Positions 57,301-64,000 of a stretch of DNA of 64,000 bases are shown piece by piece (the first letter of the stretch is position 1; each line of letters begins with the position of its first letter). The translations under genes were made by a program, and so were the position numbers. This DNA is from Marsupella aquatica. Its lineage: Eukaryota; Plantae; Marchantiophyta. The stretch covers positions 12,113,832-12,177,831 of the forward strand of contig OZ316897.1 in NCBI GenBank assembly GCA_973895155.1, given 5' to 3'. The notes under the pieces are model-generated. The model was given only the letters and a program-made list of their open reading frames with translations. It was not told where the DNA came from and did no database searches.

Positions 57301-58063
57301 GGGCGAATGCAGACACTAAAGCAGTGGCGCCTTCTTCAGAATGGCTTGAAGATGGCACACAAACGTACGCCAGTGAATCAAGGCGACCAGATTTAAGGGC
57401 CTCGACTAACGACAGCAGGCCCACATTTGTGAAAGGATTCCCGTCAAGATTCAACTGTTCTAAATTTGGCATGACGGTGACGTCGCCATATTGGAAGGCG
57501 GTTGCCAGCGTAGCCATGTCATCGTCATTGATGCCAGTCTGCCAGAGATAGAGATGGGTCAACTTCTCCAAATTACCGGATTGAATTGCACGTCCAAGAG
57601 CTTCGACGCCTTTGGTTCCTACCGCGTTCCCATCAAAGTCAAGTGTCCTCAAAGATGAAAATTTTGCTGAACCCAGAGCATTGCTGACTGCCTCACTACG
57701 ATCGTCCTCTAACCCGGTCTCCCCAAGCGACAAAATCTCCAATGCAGACATTTGACCAGATGCCAGAGCCTCGGCAAGGGTGAAGTGTCCAATCCCAATA
57801 TCCTTGAGCGCTAGGTCGATGGCTACCACTTGCGACAGATTGCCGAGCTTGATGGCGTCGCGTAGTTCCTCCATACTGCTAATGTAGATCTGAGTGCTGC
57901 TGCCAGTGCTAGCCGCCTCAGGCGCGACGTCTTGACGCCCAGCCAGCTGCCCCGATCCAGTTTTATCATCGGAGTGACGAAAGTGTTTCCCTCCTGTTCC
58001 CTGCGACTCTTCTTGCCTAGACTCTCCACCCGTCACTCCATTCGCGCCATCTCTTCGATCCAT
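54368..58063 (-). CDS. LRR-ROC-COR (Roco) protein, TORNADO1-like, copy 4, 1231 aa
   Basis: Uninterrupted ATG-started ORF; GDPYVGKTT, WDMAGQ, COR; C-terminus nearly identical to copies 2 and 3. Confidence 0.9.
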   Translation of the reverse strand: MDRRDGANGVTGGESRQEESQGTGGKHFRHSDDKTGSGQLAGRQDVAPEAASTGSSTQIYISSMEELRDAIKLGNLSQVVAIDLALKDIGIGHFTLAEALASGQMSALEILSLGETGLEDDRSEAVSNALGSAKFSSLRTLDFDGNAVGTKGVEALGRAIQSGNLEKLTHLYLWQTGINDDDMATLATAFQYGDVTVMPNLEQLNLDGNPFTNVGLLSLVEALKSGRLDSLAYVCVPSSSHSEEGATALVSAFALNKSLTVKVDFEWFMFPKLKRQYQQLRKRNTRYKDILAGLSGSSMVPAAFGKIYLCGDPYVGKTTLCHTLKRTLWRSLGTWETRPHVEDRTRGIDVSKIGSKGSKRKNQNPITLLVWDMAGQEDYHLVHNAFFPALSFSDGTATISQGAATIFVIVCNSSCPPNEVDKQLDYWLRYIASSYHEATRQTRHVFVVLNNMGGHKQVQRNSQDWEVLLKEKRKKFTGLLDVRSDLFIVDVRRRGKVNGFKTCLLEHSRTLLKEQIVPEICDVIQQRLPIWSEARKEFPVLGWDEFVEKVEQLREDWPHEAILSATKYLDQAGVLINVDKSFPAQWGIPSPKLIILNPNWFCKEIIGNMFLSEDIVKLTKGDHIFRRKLDATTGSISMDTFKEFFEARWGLKDCEDLIAILLWLGLCYKGKGDRLFIPSLIDGNLDPEDGWQSRSKHDDGEEQWVMGFSIQHQQKEMTLAPMSLWHRFQVQLAQSPEFNNGNVLDNDFVAGKYFMTFTVDYMNVRIEVNTEKYSPTFDEISILVKPQFRKDEMDVIQRKNCRVNLADDLVNILLDLWNEICGGVRYVQKVVWPWPVSQSRQEGYMKHRNVEVAEVKKCVQVHGMGRKMQWRVGYDSAITEDQLLSTKDKKYVIMSAKNDLNVLRQGLQEAVTLGIYPPELTEELDISTDGDKVEEPALASDGIEMANPPTSPTAEKMQRLSTVNRKLHNMDEKLDKIMNNQDNIYKQVKNVERMLVEGFAEVLKEQKRVFRKLQDTDRFLKEDKDRTCPNLIYLGKRDSGVRATLKEALSPSVDVRLQFACEARYNSYTPHQVKDQLGLVVSDLKPALKTLVPWLKVSLTVLLISAKIAANVVAPGTGLLLPDFQQVQQGKSVLDGIVWATEYSMPELDKLMTEGMGLDPTGPPLNPQDLYGKSRAAITNLVRKLTAEAYEEKLGLRKVCLAYNDGSLHGVVWICTDCHQKFRKSNLVNDM

Positions 58064-58614
58064 TGGATTAACACAATGTCGTACCCTCCGACAGGTTCCC
58101 TCCTCTTAATCGCACAAGCAGCTCTGTCGTCAATTGGTCCCTGGAAACCCAAGCGGATCAGTTTGATCCAGCCAGTCAATTGCCGCACTCAAATCAATGA
58201 TGGTCCTTGGTACCTGGTGATCGCACCTCCCACTTTTTTTATCCTCCAGAATGATGAAAAAGCTAGAGCAAATTGATTCAGCTCGATGCCTCTCGAATCC
58301 CCGACTGTTGCCTATGCTGATTGGACCTGATCAGGCCTTTTCTCCGCCAAACTGTTGACAGAGAGTGCAGAACAACCACTAGCGCCTGAAGCCAGCTCGA
58401 TTGGAACATGCATGTCAGTGTAATCGTCATTGATGTCGTGTTTCCAACGTTTTTTTATTTCCGGCAAACGCTGGACTCTTCTTTTGCGCGAGACAGACCT
58501 TGACACTGCATTCGTGAAGACGTTTGGATCTGACTGAAAAAGAGGACGAAGGTTTGGGCAAGGAGCATTGACAGTGTAGACAAGGAATTGTTTCAACCGC
58601 GGCTGTTGCGAGTG

Positions 58615-59437
58615 ATCCTCATCCACTGTAGTTTGAGTTGTACCCAAGAGATTGCTAGTGATAGGCACAGAAACCTGAGTGTACTGGGGTCACTCATTTG
58701 GCTCCATGGTCTTCCTGGTGGTCTTCCGGGGGTTTTTGTTTTTCCTTCTCTCCTCCCTTTATTGGGTTCTGGACTTCCGGTTGGTGTTTCCTGGTTTGGT
58801 GCCTTTTGTTCTTTGGTACTTTATATGACATGGTAATTTAATTGCATGACATTGAATTAGAACAGAAAGTGTATAGAAATGAATCAAAACCCAAAAGGAG
58901 CCCCGGCCTAACAATCAAATGCTATAGTGGGGGGCGCTAGACCCAACGTGACAAGTTTCTGTAGTGCCTCCCAAGTCACGATAGGTGACAAGAAAGGTCA
59001 TGGGATTATCAGTGGGTCCGGTGGAATCTGGAGCATATGGCTGACAAAAAGGGCCCCATTGTGGTGGAAGCATCTCAGGCTGCAAAATAATGACTCCGGT
59101 GTTAACAACTGGTTACTAAGAGATTCTCTCCCTTCAGCTGCGTTCGACAAACTTGACACTTCGTTGGAAGCTTCAAGGTAAGTATCAGCTTCGAAAAGAC
59201 TCATCTTAGCCAATCGCTTTTTAAGACAAATAATGTATCTCTTACTAACGAATGGGTACTAAGAGATTCTCTCCCTTCAGCTGCGTTTGACAATCTTGAC
59301 ACTTCGTTGGAAGCTTCAATGAAAGGTATCAGCTTCGAGAAGACTGATCTTGGTCAATGGCTTTATAAGACAAAATATTGTATCTCTTGCTAACAAATGG
59401 GTACTTAAAGATCCTCTACCTTCGGTTACGGTTGATA
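58615..59437. repeat. Duplicate of 16146-~17080, including ~2.5 units of the 144-bp repeat
   Basis: atcctcatccactgtagtttgagttgtacccaagag is shared, and the match stays collinear up to the copia LTR at 59438. Confidence 0.9.
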
Positions 59438-62085
59438 TGTTAGAACAGTATTACTCGTAAGCTGTATTACGTATTAGCTGCTGGCTGCTGCGGCTCCTAG
59501 TCTCTTTGTGCCGTTGTTCTTCTTGTCGCTTATGCGCAACTCACGGCAGACAGATTAGCTGTTGATCTTAGGTTAGTCTGCTGGTCCGTTGATCCTCCCC
59601 TTTTTCAGGTAGCTCCAGGCTCTACTTAACCTGGCCTCCGGTGCGTCTTCCTTAGTACAACAGTGATAGATTCTAACATGGTATCAGAGCACAGGCTCTG
59701 TAAGATTAGCTGCATCTAGAATTCTTTAGAGTTCTTTAGACACTTGGAGGTAGCATGTCATTCAGGTAGAAAGTGTCCCTGCTTGACGTTTACCTCAGCA
59801 GCAGTTTATTCCTGGCTATCACTGTAGACATCCGTGTAGGTTCAGATCGAGTGAGAAGTCCTCGATCATCTACACTCTGTCAGTAGACTTTGCTTTTACT
59901 GATTGATTCACGTTTTGTTTTTTTATCACTATAGACATCCATGTAAGTTCAGATCAAGTGAGAAGTCCTCGATCATCTACAGTGTGTCAGTAGACTTTGC
60001 TCTTACTGATTGATTCATGTTTTTTGTCATTTTTACCGCTGGTACCACATTGTTCGTGTGCCCCACAGATCAAGTGAGAAGTCCTTGATCCCGCATTCAC
60101 TGTAGCCATTATGGATATACTTAGAATACTCTCTGAGTCTGACAAACTAGATGGCTCTACTAACCACATGACCTGGACGATTGTTGTCAAGAATCTACTG
60201 CAGCTCTTTGAGGAGCTGAACTTTGGCATCAAACCTGACGCAAACGGCAACTTTATCGATGGGGGTCTGACTCTGACTGCCCTGGAGAAGAAGAAGAAGA
60301 AGGTCCGGGCAACTTCCATCTTGGCCTCCACAGTCAAGGCTAAGTTCCTGCCCACCGTCGATAAGTTCTCGGATGACCCAGCAAAGTGCTGGGAGCACTT
60401 CTAGCAACGTTTTGGAGGCGACTTGCTGCAGCGACAACTTCTGCTCGAACAAAAGCTTCAGACCGTGACCATGAGCAACAGTCAGTCTGTTGAAAGCTAC
60501 ATCAATACCGTCAACGAACTTGCTGGTCACCTAGCAAGCATCAATGCTGCGGTAGACGACACTCGCTTGATGCACATCGTACTTAAGGGACTTCCAATCT
60601 CATGGAATCCTTTTGTCTGTATATTTGGAGCTGATCTCACTCGCAGTCCCAAGCCAACCTACAACAATCTGGTTGAACGCCTACAGTCGGAGGAGTACTG
60701 GAGGAAAGGTAAGCAGCAAATCGAAACTACTGAAGAGGCCATGGCAGTCACACGCCACTTCGGCCGAGGAAGGGGACGTTTTCAGCTTGGCAGCTACCAG
60801 CCTCAAGGCAACATGCCTTTCCGCAATCCGCGTCCGAATCTGGCTGCAGGTCGTGGACCTAGGCCCGGAAACTGCAACTACTGCAGCAAGACGGGACATT
60901 GGGAAGCAGATTGTGATCTTAAGAAACTTGATGACCAGATTTCTGACTTGCAGATCAAAGCTGCAGGTATTCGTCGCTTCAAACCGCAAGCACATATGGT
61001 TGAGATTCCACATGAGGCTGAGGCTGAAGATGACGATCAGTATGACCCCACTGAACCGGACCCACTTGAGGTCAACTTTACTGAGATTGATACTAAGCGT
61101 AGCTCTAGTGAGTGGATCTTGGACTCAGGAGCAAGTGCTCACGTCAGTGGTGATAATGCCATGTTTGGCAGCATCACACCTGGTACCCACTCAGAATCTG
61201 TAACTACTGCCAGCGGCAGCAAGCTTGCTATTACTGGCCAAGGCAACATTGTTGTCGATCAGAATAAAGAGGTGACTGAAGTTTTGTACGTCCCGGGTCT
61301 TCGACGCAATCTTCTTTCCGTTGGATCTTTTGCTGATGCTGGTCACCTTGTCCTCTTCAATTCTAAATCCTGCTTTGTTTTCGACAAAGATAATCCACGC
61401 AAGGTCTTCCTTCAGGGTTTTTGAGATCACAGGAACAAGCTCTACAAGCTTAGACAACGCCTTCCTTGGCATCCTCCGGTCACATCCCTCTCATGTACTC
61501 GAAAAATCACGACCTTGGTTGCTGAAGTCTCCCCCCAGATCCACTGGAACTCTGGCACTGGCGTCTTAGCCACATCAACTATCAAATGGTCCATCATATG
61601 TCTCAGAGCTCTCTAGTCACTGGGCTACCATTGCTTCCCCGAGCGAAACGCAACTGCCATACATGTGTCCTTGCAAAGCATCATCGGGAGAAAATTCCTA
61701 AGCTTTCTCACTCTCGCTCTTCTCGACCTCTGGAACTCCTTCACTCAGATCTGTGTGGACCTATTCGGGCTTCCAACTCCCACAGTACATTCTCACCTTT
61801 ATAGACGATTATTCTCGATATACTTGGGTTTATTTTCTCTATTGGAAGAGTGAAACGTTTGACAGATTTAAGGAATTCAAGCTCATGGTCGAAAAGCAAT
61901 TCCACGGATCCATTGGATGTGTCCGATCTGACCGGGGTGGTGAATACATGTCCCAAGAATTTCTTGACTTTTGCAGATCACACGGCATTTGACGACAGCT
62001 CACGGTTGCATCAGCTCCTCATCAAAACGGGGTTGCAGAGCGAAAAAATCGAACACTCCTTGAAGGTGCCCGAAGCATCCTAATC
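59438..62085 (+). mobile_element. Ty1/copia LTR retrotransposon, 5' part (LTR, PBS, gag, protease, integrase core), degenerate and interrupted
   Basis: LTR TGTTAGAA...TTCTAACA (59438-59678); PBS TGGTATCAGAGC; gag knuckle CNYCSKTGHWEADC; protease WILDSGAS; LWHWRLSH; LLHSDLCGP, FIDDYSRY, RSDRGGEY and QNGVAERKNRTL. Stops and frameshifts near 60402, 61420 and 61790. Confidence 0.92.
59679..59690 (+). promoter_or_regulatory. Primer-binding site complementary to the initiator tRNA-Met 3' end
   Basis: TGGTATCAGAGC immediately after the LTR-terminal CA. Confidence 0.9.
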
Positions 62086-62695
62086 AAACACGATTTCGGA
62101 CCGAACGAGAACTATTTCCTCTAAACGAGAAGTGTATTTTTATTTTCCACCGAATCTCGCAAAATCGGCAGTTTTTTTCATCAAAAATGCGTTTTTGGGG
62201 AAATAATGTAATTCGTATCGGAGTTTGGATTGAAACAGCAAATTTAATAATGATCAAAACCAATGAAATTCATGCTAACAAACATTCATATTATCAAGGA
62301 ACAATTAGATCCGAAAAACTTTCTCCTCGACCTCATATTCACGCTCTCCGAAGATATATGAAAGGTCTTATCTATAAATCCATATCCATGTTTCGAGCCA
62401 AGTGCGATAACTGTATCGGACTCCGGATTTGAGCCACGAAAACTCCGACCCAATCTCAAGTTTCTCAGTTTTTGGATATTTACCAAAAATATTTTACATC
62501 ACAGTCGATAAGAATTACTGCACGGTTCGTCAAATTTACCTTGCAGTTACCTCCGCAATTGACCAGTTACCTCCGCAAGTGACCATAGTCAACATGCCAT
62601 TCTTTCAACAGCAATGCGCAGTCCGATAAAATTATCGCAAAAACTACGGGCGACAAAAATACTAGTCGACAATACTAAGATCCTTTGGTTCATCG

Positions 62696-62852
62696 GTTAA
62701 ATTTCAAAATTCCTATCCATATGAAGAAAATTCTTTGCAATACCAACATCAGATAAATTTATCTCTTCAATTTCAAAATTGCAACTTCCATATGAAGGAA
62801 CCACTTTTGCAATACCAACATCAGATAAATTTATCGCTTCAATTTCAAAACT
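62696..62852. repeat. 66-bp tandem repeat, ~2.3 units
   Basis: tttgcaataccaacatcagataaatttatc..ttcaatttcaaaa occurs twice. Confidence 0.8.
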
Positions 62853-62957
62853 ATATAATTTTGCCACGATGCACGTGTGAGAATGAAATTGGAAATCCAA
62901 GAAATATACCCTTTTCTGCTATTTTGTCGTTTAGGGTGACAGCCAGTCAAAAGTGGA

Positions 62958-62993
62958 CACGTGGGCCAACCCCTCAACAGACACTATAAAAGG
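62958..62993 (+). promoter_or_regulatory. Putative core promoter: G-box CACGTG and TATAAAAGG
   Basis: CACGTG at 62958-62963 and TATAAA at 62985-62990, about 120 bp upstream of a long ORF. Confidence 0.5.
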
Positions 62994-63105
62994 GCCACCG
63001 CCGATAAGTTTTTGGCATCATTATCGAGAGTAGAGTTTTGGGAGTTGTGTTCTTGGAGCAGCATTCTGTCCGTTGAGCCTTTCGTTTTCCCTGATTGTGG
63101 GAGGA

Positions 63106-64000
63106 ATGCAAAGCCCCATAGTGTCTCGGATAGCCATGTCTCAATCAGACACAGATTCACCTTCCAGTTCAGTTGAATCCTCTCCTAATCTTGTCGCTCG
63201 CTGTTTGCCAAGTCGCATACTTAAAGCTCTACCTCTCTCACAGCAAATAGTGCCCAAAATCTCTGACTCAGATTCTGATGCAAGTTCTGGTCCTGAGCCC
63301 AGTGCTTACTATGTGTCGCCTAGTAAACCTGAGAAGCGTCGTCTCTTGAGCGTTCCATCGCCAAGAAATGAGAAACTTTCAATCCCAGGTTTAGGTCCGA
63401 GACGTCGCTTCAGGCCATCCATCCCGGGTTATGGAGAGGGTATCCGGCGACCGATACGCGTATCGCAGTCGGTATTCAAGTTGCCACATTCAACACAAGT
63501 TCAACGACGGATCTTTCAGTCTCCGGGTGAGGATCGGGACACAGAAATACAAAGACCGATACGGCGATCGGTCTTTGCATTGCCTGGACTGGATGTGCAA
63601 GCAAGCGAGGGAATCGGACTGCAAAGTCCAGACTCGGCCCTTTCTCGAATGGTCCGTGGGAATCGTGGTGAACAAGTGCTCAATTTTCCAGCAGCTCGCG
63701 CAGTCGTTGGGACTGCACGTGCGAATCCAGAATCTCCAAGTTCTCAAGGGCAGACTGTCATTGGTTCCAGGCTCCAAGTATCGAGGAGAGGTCTTAGTGG
63801 CGTTCGGGTTATGTATAGAGAGCCACAGAGTCCAATTGTGTTTTCAGATGAGTCGAGTGCATCGGAGAACGAAGATGAGGAAGGAGATAGAGAATCCGAT
63901 ATAATAGCACAAGTTGTGTCTGAATGTTTAGAAGGAGCTGTCGAAGAGAATAGCTATAGTCGTCTATTCAGTGCCCCTCTAAATACGTCAAGGAGATCTA
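63106..64000 (+). CDS. Partial ORF (>=298 aa, Ser/Pro/Arg-rich with acidic patch) running off the window end; probably part of an element that interrupts the copia
   Basis: Manual translation MQSPIVSRIAMSQSDTDSPSSS...SDESSASENEDEEGDRESD... shows no stop up to 64000. It is absent from the ORF track because it has no stop in the window. Confidence 0.55.
   Translation, partial: MQSPIVSRIAMSQSDTDSPSSSVESSPNLVARCLPSRILKALPLSQQIVPKISDSDSDASSGPEPSAYYVSPSKPEKRRLLSVPSPRNEKLSIPGLGPRRRFRPSIPGYGEGIRRPIRVSQSVFKLPHSTQVQRRIFQSPGEDRDTEIQRPIRRSVFALPGLDVQASEGIGLQSPDSALSRMVRGNRGEQVLNFPAARAVVGTARANPESPSSQGQTVIGSRLQVSRRGLSGVRVMYREPQSPIVFSDESSASENEDEEGDRESDIIAQVVSECLEGAVEENSYSRLFSAPLNTSRRS

Noticed and set aside
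63431-63904. 157-aa plus-strand ORF listed in the track
   Set aside because: Overlaps out of frame with the longer open frame from 63106, which follows the TATA box and is the better candidate.

Overview
Eukaryotic, plant-type genomic DNA (GT-AG introns, Ty1/copia and Mutator elements). A bryophyte or other non-seed plant is a plausible source, but that is inference. The window is dominated by a head-to-tail array of four intact, intronless, minus-strand LRR-ROC-COR (Roco, TORNADO1-like) genes at ~7.3-10.9, 22.0-25.7, 39.5-43.2 and 54.4-58.1 kb. Each sits in a segmentally duplicated unit with shared upstream and downstream sequence. The paralogues differ mainly at the exposed x positions of the LRR xxLxLxx strands and show mosaic (gene-conversion-like) tracts, while scaffold and C-terminal domains are near-identical. 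This pattern suggests a diversifying, non-NLR receptor family. The spacers hold: a truncated Mutator-like element carrying an RNase H1 hybrid-binding-domain ORF, fused via a templated junction to the 3' half of a copia element; a 4.6-kb element with ~205-bp TIRs and an 8-bp TSD whose only recognisable cargo is a decayed Crypton/DUF3504-like tyrosine recombinase; a second, 3'-truncated copia; and several hairpins and tandem repeats. A 4-exon gene for a disordered protein with a C-terminal Cys cluster lies at 0.9-5.7 kb. All alignments were done by eye; no database searches were run.
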